A DNA stretch of 64,000 nt from Candidatus Hydrogenedens sp. (GCA_049968235.1 JBMFRC010000004.1:96001-160000); one strand, 5' to 3'. Positions 10,701-19,940 are shown, counted from the stretch's first letter. Made by a program: numbers and translations. The notes: a model not told the origin generated them from the letters alone.

Positions 10701-10911
10701 AACTTCCAACTCATTTATATTATGGTTTAATAACAATATAGTTTTTGAAAACCAAAATCCACTTCCACAAGTCCAAATATTTGAAACAAAAGTATCTTTG
10801 CGCAAATGGAAAAATTCAATATTTATTAAAATGATTAAAAACAAAGGCGAACATTCTTTTATCGTTAATTTCAACGATAATAAAAGAAAAAAGATTGATA
10901 TAAATTGGTAA
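7735..10911 (+). CDS. large GH2-like protein (N-terminal GH2 sugar-binding/jelly-roll domain) with long uncharacterised C-terminal region; no signal peptide
   Basis: N-terminal WLFIPD...WYLNPPV...LYLQNVNFKSVIWLNGQYIGIHEGAFTQFNFNIT...GKNLLVIKV resembles the GH2 N-terminal domain pattern (W..W...V..NG..vG.H.g.FtpF..dIT...G.N.L.V.V); AAGGG RBS 6 nt upstream of the ATG. Confidence 0.5.
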   Translation: MFPNRQKLNMNGVWLFIPDCENIGEENRWYLNPPVDQGAEISLPLLEPIYDISDSTALWFIKEFNIDNLHDETLLFLYLQNVNFKSVIWLNGQYIGIHEGAFTQFNFNITRHAHIGKNLLVIKVSPFPQQNLSKFTMIYDSSWIQFPGIWGEIYIEFVPRYHIQNVQVKPDIRGKRIVVNVYVNHRDSVLRATIPELNTEIKSKKPKLIIPLKDFETWGPHSPKLYTLQVEFVTPTSSDFAEVQFGMRDFSINENQFTLNFKPFFVRAFHFDWNIKDLNSPSYLDDNLKDFFSKLRKDNFNLILSYGQPLPEKILRICDEHGIMVAQTPSIQSDTNSKKWRELAQTEIEELLNNNINNPSFVWLWFEYTSNNFNISKFVHNIRKIDRSRLITVYSPPPYFKYPSYSCIPYNIHLLTMGQICTQSFDYVNNPTQKFLRNAGEDKILNFAVQTVSGEVEHQNINIRDKYESYISKIKDGFIERDLSLTLTSVENLLEQIKEIHIANLQEYVNSILWNPKIKGYCLQNLSEKSILSSNGFINFLKLPDNVHKQLRQINNPLRLIIALEKTNILQDEETAINVSFFTQNDEYLSNETENKGLLSIHISSPTQQVLWKKRKDIKFKKDNKELWVGDISGSRNIGQHTLVARLSLNNQIISEISSPINVFPIPQPTNIPVEFIDINKQFSKICSPWVKEPTTFPPIYIVPPIYNSVFAYPETEFISMMEHVRHGAIGIIFSPPDDWNELIKWLPDCPQFTPINLGYPDKFLHFHYVKPHPLFLNLPNRCLMKQEYKNILPSKVFLEKGDEDICGCVVIPQGKDMEPFWGSDILVSRYGVGKLVFVHLRVLENIPEDPVAVHLFINMVNYFARRAIPSSTDIPLPQNTLEQLRLQRSKKLRKWMVIGEFPIINEETGNTLYPNIDSIDLTSTYWGKYGAIGWKPYYTDIKKNHLLDFHEALSIPLSPYHLVQDNGVAFAFAEFTYEDNEEMILQIETSNSFILWFNNNIVFENQNPLPQVQIFETKVSLRKWKNSIFIKMIKNKGEHSFIVNFNDNKRKKIDINW

Positions 10912-10946
10912 ATAAATTTCAATATTAAAATTAAAAGGGATAGAAA

Positions 10947-13301
10947 ATGAAAAAACAATTTATTTTCGCACTTTTATTGTTATCCTTCCTCATCCATGCA
11001 ACAGTTGCTTTTACACAAAGAAATGAGCCTTTTATCCAAGAAGTGCGGACTTTTTTCAGAGAAAAAGAAGGTTTAATAGAAGGGAATATAAGATATGTAG
11101 TCTATCTACAAACCTACGGAGTTTTTGTTTTATCTCACTCGGGTAATATCCAAAATTATAAAAATAATCAATGGCATTCTATTTCAAATGATACCTCTAT
11201 AAAACCTACTTACATGACAGGAGCAGGAAATTTTGTTTTTATTTCTGACCATAAACAAGCTGCACAGTATAATTTAGATGAAAATAAATGGGATATTCTC
11301 AGTTTGCCGATAGAACAAAAAATTAATGGTTTATATGCCACAATTTTATCCGATAAACAGTTAAAACTCTTTGTAATCTGCGAAACAAAAATAATTTGTT
11401 GTGGACTTAATTCTGCTGACTCAAAAATAATTAACGACCCCGGGACAAAAATATATTCTATTGCCGTAGGAGGAAGTGGTGATATTTTTGTTGGCACTCA
11501 AGAAGGCATCTACCAATATGATTCTTCAAAATCAGATTGGCAGTGGCTTTTACCGGAAGACAATAAGCGTAGATGGGCACCACGAAATGTAAAGGCTCTT
11601 ACTTTTGATAAGGAAGGAAACTTATGGTTCGGAAGTAAAGAGGGAGTAGGAAAATACAACCGAAGCACATGGGCATTATATACAGGAGCCGAAGGTTTGC
11701 CATGGAACGAATTTCTTTCTGCAGTTTCCGGTGAAAAGGATGATGTTGTATGGTTTGCAACAACCCGGGGAGCTATTCGGCATGAGAAAGGAAAATTTGA
11801 TTATCGTTTTAGTCATCGCTGGTTAATGAATGATTTCGTTAATTCAATTGCTGTAGAACCCAATGGAAATGCCTGGTTTGCTACACCCGAAGGTCTATCT
11901 CTTATCGAACGGAAACTCATGAATTTTGATGAGAAATCGGACTATTTCATTCAACAAGTAGAAACCCGTCATAATAGAGATGGATATGTTACTTCTTGTA
12001 AACTTAAAGAGCCTTTCAATACAGATACATGGGACCCATCAATCTCTGACAATGACGGCTTATATACAGCGATGTATGGAGCAGGGCATGCATTCCGTTA
12101 TGCAGTAACAAAAGACCCAAAGTCCAAAGAAATTGCTAAACGGAGTTTCTTTGCATGTAAACGACTTGTTGATATTACGGGCAGAGGTATGCCTGCTCGT
12201 TTCATAATACCCATTGATTGGCATGAACCTGTAAACGAGATTATGGGTGCTGAATATAATGCTTATAGGCAGAAAACCGACCCCCTATGGAAACAAATTG
12301 TGCCCCGTTTCGTAACCTCTTCTGACGGCAAATATATGTGGAAATGTGATACAAGTTCCGATGAATTGATAGGTCATTATTTTTTCTATGGTATTTATTA
12401 TGACCTTGTTGCAGAAACAGAAGAAGAAAAACAACCCGTAAGAGAAGTTGTCAAAGCAATAACAGACCATCTTATTAATAACAATTATTGTTTAGTAGAC
12501 CATGATGGAAAACCTACACGATGGGCATTTTTTAATCCTGAAATGCTTCACTCATTAAAAGGTTGGGAACAACGGGGGTTAAATTCAATGATGATGTTAT
12601 CTTTTCTTCGGGTGGCTTATCATATAACCGGGGATGAGGTTTATAATGAGAAATTTAATGAACTTTGCAATAAATATTTTTATCATGTCAATGCCATGCA
12701 GTCTAAAATGTATTTTCCTCCTGATTATGTGGTCCCCTGGGATAACAATCTTTGCCTTATGAGTTGGTATGGATTATTTCGTTATGAAGAAGATAGAGAA
12801 AAACTCTTGATGTGGAGAATAGCATTAGAGCATGCATGGCAACATGCCGGCAGAATGAGGCAACCCTTCTGGAATTTCTTATACCTTGCCAGCGAAAAAA
12901 ACTTTGCCCGACATTTAGAAACAAAGAAATTTGACGATTTATATTCGGATGTCCCGGGATTAGTTCCTAAGGTATTAGAAACCTTTGACAAACCCAATCC
13001 GACTGCTCTGGAACATGCAATAGAAACCTTGAAGGGTATCCCGTTAGACTTAATATTCTACTGTATGGACAATACACATAGACTTGATATTATTTTAGAT
13101 GCGGATAAACATCCCGAAAAAGTCCGTGGATGGAAAATAGATGGTTATGCGATACCTATACAGGAAAGTCCTCATATTCGTAACGATAATGACCCATTTT
13201 CTTTAAGCAGTTGCAAAGGTAAAGATGGTGTAGTTGAAGAAGAAGGAACTTTTTTCTTACTTCCTTACTGGATAGGTGTTTATTACGGATTTATTAAATA
13301 A
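10947..13301 (+). CDS. secreted protein: N-terminal beta-propeller (two-component-regulator-propeller-like repeats) + C-terminal uncharacterised (possibly alpha/alpha-barrel-like) domain
   Basis: Signal peptide MKKQFIFALLLLSFLIHATVA; repeated G-x-LWFGS/WFAT-type motifs (GNLWFGSKEGVGKY, DVVWFATTRGAIRH, GNAWFATPEGLSLI); immediately downstream of the GH2-like gene. Confidence 0.45.
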   Translation: MKKQFIFALLLLSFLIHATVAFTQRNEPFIQEVRTFFREKEGLIEGNIRYVVYLQTYGVFVLSHSGNIQNYKNNQWHSISNDTSIKPTYMTGAGNFVFISDHKQAAQYNLDENKWDILSLPIEQKINGLYATILSDKQLKLFVICETKIICCGLNSADSKIINDPGTKIYSIAVGGSGDIFVGTQEGIYQYDSSKSDWQWLLPEDNKRRWAPRNVKALTFDKEGNLWFGSKEGVGKYNRSTWALYTGAEGLPWNEFLSAVSGEKDDVVWFATTRGAIRHEKGKFDYRFSHRWLMNDFVNSIAVEPNGNAWFATPEGLSLIERKLMNFDEKSDYFIQQVETRHNRDGYVTSCKLKEPFNTDTWDPSISDNDGLYTAMYGAGHAFRYAVTKDPKSKEIAKRSFFACKRLVDITGRGMPARFIIPIDWHEPVNEIMGAEYNAYRQKTDPLWKQIVPRFVTSSDGKYMWKCDTSSDELIGHYFFYGIYYDLVAETEEEKQPVREVVKAITDHLINNNYCLVDHDGKPTRWAFFNPEMLHSLKGWEQRGLNSMMMLSFLRVAYHITGDEVYNEKFNELCNKYFYHVNAMQSKMYFPPDYVVPWDNNLCLMSWYGLFRYEEDREKLLMWRIALEHAWQHAGRMRQPFWNFLYLASEKNFARHLETKKFDDLYSDVPGLVPKVLETFDKPNPTALEHAIETLKGIPLDLIFYCMDNTHRLDIILDADKHPEKVRGWKIDGYAIPIQESPHIRNDNDPFSLSSCKGKDGVVEEEGTFFLLPYWIGVYYGFIK

Positions 13302-13314
13302 GCCTAATTTTTCG

Positions 13315-14376
13315 TTAAATTTTCTTCTTTTGTTTTATTTGTCTTGTTCTTTTTTTTGTATTTTGTGTTTTTACAGTTTCTTTTTTACCTGTGTAGGTCC
13401 TGTTAGTTTTTTTTCGGGTCTTTATATTTGTCTTTTTCTTTTCAGATTCTTTTGAACTTTCTTCCATATCTTTCATTACTTTTTTTATATCTCCTTTATA
13501 AAAAGGGTCTGGTGGGACATAACTACCCAACAAAGTATCTTCTACTGCAAGAATATATCTTTTTTTCTCCTTTTTTGAGAAGTGCTCTATATGAGAATCT
13601 TCAAAATTCTGAACGGTTCTTTGTTCCTCGTGAATATTTGTTGTATCTGGATTATCGCTGGGCGAATCTGTTTTACAGATTGCTTGTAAACGGGCGATCT
13701 CAGCACTTGCAATTGTATGGAAAGGTGTTTTCGGTCTCTTCCTCAAAATTTGTTTATATAATTGAATGGCTTCGTTATATTTTTTGAATATTGCAGACTT
13801 TATCTTTGCCTGATAGTATTTTGCCTCAATCCATGCAGATGTTCGTTCTCCATAGTTATCAATAATCTCTTGTAAAGTCTGGAACGCCTCTTCATATCTT
13901 TCTTTTGATTTTAGTAATCGAAATACTTCAAAAAGGGCTTCCACCTGGTTATTCTTATAACTTCGATATAAGGCAATAGCCCCATTAATATCTCCCATAA
14001 GTGCTAATTTTCTTGCTTTAGCAAAGGGAGATGGATCATCCACTTTATCCCCTATAGGACTAATCTGTTCTACTATTCGTGAAGATACGACATTCACGAA
14101 GAAAAAAGAATAATAAAACATAGGGATAAACCAGAAAAGTAAAGACCAACCTAATATAACCAAACGATGATGAGGTTCAGCATTCAAAAATAAGTATCCT
14201 GAAAATAGAACATACGAGGTGATAACCATAATCCACACAAAAAGAATCAATGAAAATTTTGATAATTCTTTTCTTTGTAATAATATATTTTTAATCAATT
14301 TTCCTGTCAAAATAAGAAAAAGGACAAAACATGATAAAGAGATAAATTCCTCTAAATGCGGGTAGTATATATTCAT
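13315..14376 (-). CDS. membrane-anchored TPR-like protein with highly basic Lys-rich C-terminal tail
   Basis: N-terminal ~110 aa with 3-4 hydrophobic helices, a central TPR-like helical region, and a C-terminal ~60 aa that is >40% Lys/Arg/Thr (KKKTNIKTRKKTNRTYTGKKETVKTQNTKKRTRQIKQKKKI). Confidence 0.5.
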   Translation of the reverse strand: MNIYYPHLEEFISLSCFVLFLILTGKLIKNILLQRKELSKFSLILFVWIMVITSYVLFSGYLFLNAEPHHRLVILGWSLLFWFIPMFYYSFFFVNVVSSRIVEQISPIGDKVDDPSPFAKARKLALMGDINGAIALYRSYKNNQVEALFEVFRLLKSKERYEEAFQTLQEIIDNYGERTSAWIEAKYYQAKIKSAIFKKYNEAIQLYKQILRKRPKTPFHTIASAEIARLQAICKTDSPSDNPDTTNIHEEQRTVQNFEDSHIEHFSKKEKKRYILAVEDTLLGSYVPPDPFYKGDIKKVMKDMEESSKESEKKKTNIKTRKKTNRTYTGKKETVKTQNTKKRTRQIKQKKKI

Positions 14377-14456
14377 AACAGTTATAAACCCCCAACAAAT
14401 TTATTAACATTGCCCGATTTAACTTTGTTATATTATAACAGAAGAGGACTATATTC

Positions 14457-15725
14457 ATGAGAAAAAAAATTGAAAAAAATTTAGAAAATAAAATTGTCCC
14501 TTTGAATGAAATACAAAAATATGTAATGGCTTCATTGGAAAACGATGATGAAAACCAAATAGCAGAATTTGTAGATTTTATTATCAGTCAGGGTGCTTAT
14601 CACATAGCAAGTGATATACATTTAGAGCCATGGTCCGAACACATAGCATTACGGTATCGTATAGATGGGATGCTTCACCAGGTTGCACTTATCCCACGAG
14701 AATATCAATCAAGAATTACAGCACGAATAAAGATTTTATCAGACCTTATTATTTACAGGAAGGATGTTCCTCAGGATGGTCGGATAGATTCAAATAAAAC
14801 GACCTGTCAACGACCTTTAAGGGTATCGATTGTTCCAACAATTAAAGGGGAAAAAGTTGTCATTCGTATTTTAGGGGAATCTCAGGATTTATTTCATCTT
14901 GATGTATTAGGATTTCAACCTTACGTCGAAGAAAAACTTAAAGAATTAATTAAAAGGAATCAAGGAACACTTCTACTTACAGGACCCAGTAGTAGCGGTA
15001 AGACCACAACTATCTATGCAATTATTCAGGAGATGATACAATCAAACCGTTCCCTCCCTAATATTGTTACTATTGAGGACCCTGTGGAATATTCAATGGA
15101 TAAAATTTCACAAATACAAATCAATCCTCATGTAGATTTTACATTTGCTAATGCCCTACGTTCTATTTTACGGCAGGACCCGGAAGTAATTATGGTAGGA
15201 GAAATTCGTGATTATGAAACAGCACATATAGCCATTCAAGCGGGACTTACGGGGCATTTTGTGATTAGTACTATCCACAGTGGAACATCAGCAGGTGTTT
15301 TTATTCGCTTACTGGATATGGGAATAGAACCTTATTTAGTTGCTTCTTCTGTAATTGCTACATTAGCCCAGCGACTTATCCGAATTAATTGTCCCGATTG
15401 TATTGAAACTTATAGACCCCATGTATCTACTTATTTATTCTTAAACTTATCTAATAAAGAAGAGATATTTTATAAGAGTAGAGGTTGTTCTATGTGTCAA
15501 TATATTGGTTATAGAGGGAGGGCATGTATAGGAGAGTTGTTGTCGGTATCCTCTGAAATAGAGGAATTGGTATTAAAACATCCCACCGCTTCTCAATTAC
15601 ACAATCTTGCTGTCTCTTTAGGGATGGAAACCATGTCAGAAGATGGATTAAAAAAAGCACGAAAAGGGATTACAACCCTCGAAGAACTTATTCGTGTTTT
15701 GCCTTCAGGTTCCCATATTTATTAA
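14457..15725 (+). CDS. type II/IV secretion system ATPase, GspE/PilB family, short form (core ATPase + C-terminal tetracysteine motif only)
   Basis: Walker A GPSSSGKTTT; conserved ASDIHLEP block; C-terminal CPDC...CSMC tetra-Cys as in GspE; 422 aa, lacks the N-terminal N1 domain. Confidence 0.75.
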   Translation: MRKKIEKNLENKIVPLNEIQKYVMASLENDDENQIAEFVDFIISQGAYHIASDIHLEPWSEHIALRYRIDGMLHQVALIPREYQSRITARIKILSDLIIYRKDVPQDGRIDSNKTTCQRPLRVSIVPTIKGEKVVIRILGESQDLFHLDVLGFQPYVEEKLKELIKRNQGTLLLTGPSSSGKTTTIYAIIQEMIQSNRSLPNIVTIEDPVEYSMDKISQIQINPHVDFTFANALRSILRQDPEVIMVGEIRDYETAHIAIQAGLTGHFVISTIHSGTSAGVFIRLLDMGIEPYLVASSVIATLAQRLIRINCPDCIETYRPHVSTYLFLNLSNKEEIFYKSRGCSMCQYIGYRGRACIGELLSVSSEIEELVLKHPTASQLHNLAVSLGMETMSEDGLKKARKGITTLEELIRVLPSGSHIY

Positions 15726-15753
15726 ATTTCTTTTAATGTTTGGAGAAGAAGTT

Positions 15754-16677
15754 ATGTATCAAGGAGTAATATTAGCTGCGGGACATGGAGCCAGACTCGG
15801 TCCCTTTGGTGAACAAAATCCTAAACCTATTGTCCCTATCGCAAATAAACCTTTAATCGTTTACCAGATTGAAGCATTAAAAGCCCTTGGTGTTACTGAT
15901 TTTATTGTGGTTATAGGACATTTAGGGTATCGAATTATTCAGACGTTAGGAAATGGAAACAATTGGGGTATTAATATTCAGTATGTAGAACAAGAAAAAC
16001 GATTAGGATTAGCACATGCAGTAGGGCAATTGGAACCGCATATTAAAGGTCCTTTTTTTCTTCTTTTAGGAGATATATTTTTCCATGCTCCTCGTTTGAA
16101 CCTCATGTCCGAAGTCATGCTCCAGAACCAATGTGCCTGCGTATTAGCTACAAAAGAAGAAGATAATATTGAAAACATAAAGAAAAATTTCAGTGTTTAT
16201 ATTTCTAAGGAAGGGTTTGTAACAAAGGTGGTGGAAAAGCCTAAATATCCTCAAACGAACTTAAAAGGGTGTGGCATTTATTTGTTTGATGAACGGATTT
16301 TTGAAGGTATTCGACGAACTCCACGCACTGCATTAAGAGATGAATATGAATTAACGGATTCTATTCAAATCCTTATTGATTTTGGTTATCCTGTGAAAGC
16401 ATTATCTATTATCGAATGGGATGTAAATTTAACCTATATTAAAGACCTTATTACATGTTGTAATTACGAATTAGCGAGACAGAAAAAAACATATATAATC
16501 GGAAATGATTGTAAAATTGGGGACAACTGTTCTTTTATAGAAACTGTAATTGGAGATAATGTCTCTATTGGAGATAATTGCACATTTAATAAATGTGTTA
16601 TTTTAAATAATGTTTCTATTTTGCCCAATACCTACCTTAAAAATTGTATAGTATCCCCCGAAGGTATTTTAGAATAA
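15754..16677 (+). CDS. sugar-1-phosphate nucleotidylyltransferase with C-terminal left-handed beta-helix (hexapeptide repeats)
   Basis: N-terminal GVILAAGHGARLGPF...KPIVPIANKPLI NTP-transferase motif; C-terminal IGDNCSFIETVIGDNVSIGDNCTF hexapeptides; start moved to the ATG at ~15754, which follows a GGAG RBS. Confidence 0.7.
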   Translation: MYQGVILAAGHGARLGPFGEQNPKPIVPIANKPLIVYQIEALKALGVTDFIVVIGHLGYRIIQTLGNGNNWGINIQYVEQEKRLGLAHAVGQLEPHIKGPFFLLLGDIFFHAPRLNLMSEVMLQNQCACVLATKEEDNIENIKKNFSVYISKEGFVTKVVEKPKYPQTNLKGCGIYLFDERIFEGIRRTPRTALRDEYELTDSIQILIDFGYPVKALSIIEWDVNLTYIKDLITCCNYELARQKKTYIIGNDCKIGDNCSFIETVIGDNVSIGDNCTFNKCVILNNVSILPNTYLKNCIVSPEGILE

Positions 16678-16690
16678 AAAATCTAATGAA

Positions 16691-17728
16691 TTATTTATGA
16701 TGTTCGTTTAGAATTCCCGTTTCAGGATTATAATCCCATTCGCGGTCTTCATAAGGATGTTCAGGTAAAAAGGTCATAACATTCTTATTTAATATATCTT
16801 GAAGAGTTGGTGGATATGTTCCAAATCGTTCATAATACATTTTTATTCCATTTTCTAATAAATGTTTGTTTCGTTCTAATTGCTCATCTAATATTGTAGT
16901 ATTCTCGACTTTACCTGATTGTGATATAAAAAACCTTCCCCCTAATGGGTCGCGAATGGAATCTGAAGATAATCCTATTTCTTCTAATTTTTCCGGTAAT
17001 TTGTTATTTGCTTGTTTATATTTCTCCACACGTGCTGTTAATTCACGACAAATTTGTTTGATTTCCACCATTAGCAATTTTCTTTCGGCTAAATCGCGTA
17101 ATAATTTATCTCCACTCTTTAATAAATTTGACCACATATCTCTCTCGATTTCTATCAAATCATGTTCATAATTTAATTTTTCCGCCAAATCTATTATAAA
17201 TTGTGGTGTTTTTCCTGTTGCAGAACTCATGGCAAGATACATTCCGGCAAGTTTTCTTGAACCGGGTTCGTTGGTTCTATTAAGAAGATATATCATACCT
17301 GCCTCATAGGGTAAGTCCCAGGTCTCCGGACGGTAGTAAATGCCACGGTGGAGTAATTTCAGGGCAGAATCGGAATCAGCTCGTAATGAGGATAAAAAGA
17401 CACTACCAAAGCGATATACTTCTCTAAAATAAGGGTCTAACTGAACGACCGCATTTAACATTTTTTCCAACCACTCGAAAGAAAAATCTCCATGAATTTC
17501 AGCACCCACGTATAATAAACAATGTATCCACAAGAAATCGGCAATTATTGTATCTAATCCAGCGGTAAAATATCTTAATAACTTTTCATTAGGTAAATAT
17601 AGCAATTCTTTACTTTTTACTTTTGAAAATGATGTTATTTGAAATTGGATACAAATAATTGAGGATAGCAATATAATAATAAGAATAGATTGGAATATTT
17701 TATTTCTGATGAAATAAGATTTAAACAT
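16691..17728 (-). CDS. hypothetical protein with N-terminal TM/signal anchor, co-operonic with ABC-2 exporter
   Basis: ORF track; N-terminal hydrophobic segment; 8-nt overlap with the upstream ABC-2 permease gene; no domain recognised. Confidence 0.45.
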   Translation of the reverse strand: MFKSYFIRNKIFQSILIIILLSSIICIQFQITSFSKVKSKELLYLPNEKLLRYFTAGLDTIIADFLWIHCLLYVGAEIHGDFSFEWLEKMLNAVVQLDPYFREVYRFGSVFLSSLRADSDSALKLLHRGIYYRPETWDLPYEAGMIYLLNRTNEPGSRKLAGMYLAMSSATGKTPQFIIDLAEKLNYEHDLIEIERDMWSNLLKSGDKLLRDLAERKLLMVEIKQICRELTARVEKYKQANNKLPEKLEEIGLSSDSIRDPLGGRFFISQSGKVENTTILDEQLERNKHLLENGIKMYYERFGTYPPTLQDILNKNVMTFLPEHPYEDREWDYNPETGILNEHHK

Positions 17729-18482
17729 CTTTCCTCTGAAACATTAAAACTGCAAGATAAATGAAAAATATTGAATATAAGATTCCATATAGGATGGTGT
17801 AAATCACATATAAATAGGAAACGGGTACCCCATTAACAACTTCGGAACGAATATCAAAGTTAGCAAAATTAGGTAAAATGTAATAAAGTGCCTGCAATAG
17901 TGGTTTACTCCATGTCCCTTCAAAATTGGGAGGAAGGTCAATTAATACTCCTGTTGAATGTCCAAATACATAGAAACAGAAGACAATAATTGCCCCTAAA
18001 ATAGGAGAACTTAAAGTAGAGAAAAGAACTGCAAGGGCTGTTACTAATAATAACTTCATAAACACAAGAAACGAAGCGATAAAATACCAATGATTAATCT
18101 CTCCTCCTAAAATAACGATATATATAGCAGATATAATACTCATCAAGATAACTACCCCAAAAATTAAAAGGGACAATCCCAGATATTTTCCGATAACAAA
18201 TTCATAACGATGTAATGGTTGAGCAATGATAGTATAAATTGTCCGTTTATCAATTTCTTTGTAAACCAGATTAGTCCCCACAAAAATAGCAATTAAAGTC
18301 CCGAAAATGGACATTCCTGCTAATGATAGGTCTTTAATAATCTTTATATCCTGTCCAATACTTATCCACCCTACTGCTTTTGAACCTATAATAACCACTC
18401 CTGCAAAAAGTAATAGTACATATAATACTTTATCGCGGACAGATTCGCGAAAAGTATTTTGTGCAACTGCTAAAATTTTCAT
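17721..18482 (-). CDS. ABC-2 family transporter permease
   Basis: ~6 predicted TM helices; 253 aa; immediately downstream of the ABC ATPase with a 3-nt gap. Confidence 0.65.
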   Translation of the reverse strand: MKILAVAQNTFRESVRDKVLYVLLLFAGVVIIGSKAVGWISIGQDIKIIKDLSLAGMSIFGTLIAIFVGTNLVYKEIDKRTIYTIIAQPLHRYEFVIGKYLGLSLLIFGVVILMSIISAIYIVILGGEINHWYFIASFLVFMKLLLVTALAVLFSTLSSPILGAIIVFCFYVFGHSTGVLIDLPPNFEGTWSKPLLQALYYILPNFANFDIRSEVVNGVPVSYLYVIYTILYGILYSIFFIYLAVLMFQRKDV

Positions 18483-18485
18483 ATT

Positions 18486-19463
18486 TTATTCCTCAACACG
18501 GGAATAGTAAATATCATTTTTCTTTTTTAGAGTATCTTCAACAATTTGCATTCTCATAAAGTAATCTTCTAATGTCTCTCTTTGAGGACTACATTCAATA
18601 ATAATGGCACCTTTTTGAATACATTCCGCTATTACTTGATTTGCGGTGGAAATATTTTCAAATCGGAATTGGAAGTAGTCTTCCCATGTTTGAAGTAAAC
18701 ACCCTTTTTGTTGTAATAAAGGTATCAAGGAAGTATTTAAATTTTTAAAGGTTACCTCGACCTGCCGAATATCTTGCTGTAATACTTCACGAATATGTCC
18801 TATAGCAACAAGTTTACCTCTGGATAATACACCCACTCTATCACATAACTGTTCTACATCACTCAAAACATGAGAACTGAAAAAAATAGTCTTTCCTAAT
18901 TCTTTTTGCTGATGAATAAGTTCTCGTATATGTTTTCTACCTACGGGGTCTAATCCACTCATGGGTTCATCTAAAATTAAGAAATCGGGATTACCGACTA
19001 AGGCTATGGCAAAACCTATTTTCTGTCGCATCCCTTTGGAAAAATTTTTTAATCGGATATCTGCAATTGCTTTTAAATCAAGGAGTTCGGAAAGTCTTAG
19101 CCATTCTTGTTGTCTTTCTTTTGTATCTATTCCTTTTAACCTACAGTAGAATTCAATCGTTTCCCGAGGTGTAAGGTATTCGTAAAAATAAGGTTGTTCC
19201 GGAAGGTATCCAAGATTTTTTCTTGAATTGGGGTCAGTGGTTTCAATATCATTAATATATACTTTCCCGGAGGTAGGTATTAATAATCCACAAATCATCT
19301 TTATTGTTGTTGTCTTACCGGCCCCATTCCTCCCTAAAAAGCCAAATACTTCTCCTTTATTTATTTCAAAGGATAAATCATCTACCGCATAATATCCTTT
19401 TGCAGAAAGTCCCGAGTATTTTTTTGTTAAATGAATTGTTCTTAAAATTGCAATTGTGTTCAT
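18486..19463 (-). CDS. ABC transporter ATP-binding protein
   Basis: Walker A GRNGAGKTTT, signature LSKGMRQKIGFA, Walker B FLILDEP. Confidence 0.85.
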   Translation of the reverse strand: MNTIAILRTIHLTKKYSGLSAKGYYAVDDLSFEINKGEVFGFLGRNGAGKTTTIKMICGLLIPTSGKVYINDIETTDPNSRKNLGYLPEQPYFYEYLTPRETIEFYCRLKGIDTKERQQEWLRLSELLDLKAIADIRLKNFSKGMRQKIGFAIALVGNPDFLILDEPMSGLDPVGRKHIRELIHQQKELGKTIFFSSHVLSDVEQLCDRVGVLSRGKLVAIGHIREVLQQDIRQVEVTFKNLNTSLIPLLQQKGCLLQTWEDYFQFRFENISTANQVIAECIQKGAIIIECSPQRETLEDYFMRMQIVEDTLKKKNDIYYSRVEE

Positions 19464-19484
19464 ACAATTGTTTTATCTTCTTAT

Positions 19485-19940
19485 TTATAATTCTTTTTCA
19501 TCTTTTTTTAATATTTTCTTTTCTGAGCGAACAAACCAGTATGCAACAGCAACTGCAATTACCAATGCTCCTAAAGCAAGAACATTAAATGCTTCTACTT
19601 TATTAAAATCCATGATAATTACTTTTCTACTAACAGCAATAAGTGCGGTAGCAACAACAACACGGACATGAATAACATCTTCTCGAAGATAGATAACTAT
19701 ATTTTCATAAATTTCAATGGCTATCAATACCCCTAAAAATGCTCCAAAAATATCCACCAGGTCATCTACTGTGAGAAAGAATTTCGGGACATTCCATATT
19801 TTTGAAAATACTACACTGACAATATCCAAAGCGGAATAAGCAATAACAAATACCATTATAATAGTCAGAAAACGAACTACCCAGCGAATACATTCCTGAG
19901 AAAATTCCATTACTTTTTGGTCAATCTTATTTTCTTTCAT
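19485..19940 (-). CDS. PsiE-like (phosphate-starvation-inducible E family) small membrane protein
   Basis: 151 aa, 4 TM; the pattern of hydrophobic helices with an interspersed charged segment (IEIYENIVIYLREDVIHVRVVVATALIAVSRKVIIMD) resembles E. coli PsiE. Confidence 0.4.
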   Translation of the reverse strand: MKENKIDQKVMEFSQECIRWVVRFLTIIMVFVIAYSALDIVSVVFSKIWNVPKFFLTVDDLVDIFGAFLGVLIAIEIYENIVIYLREDVIHVRVVVATALIAVSRKVIIMDFNKVEAFNVLALGALVIAVAVAYWFVRSEKKILKKDEKEL

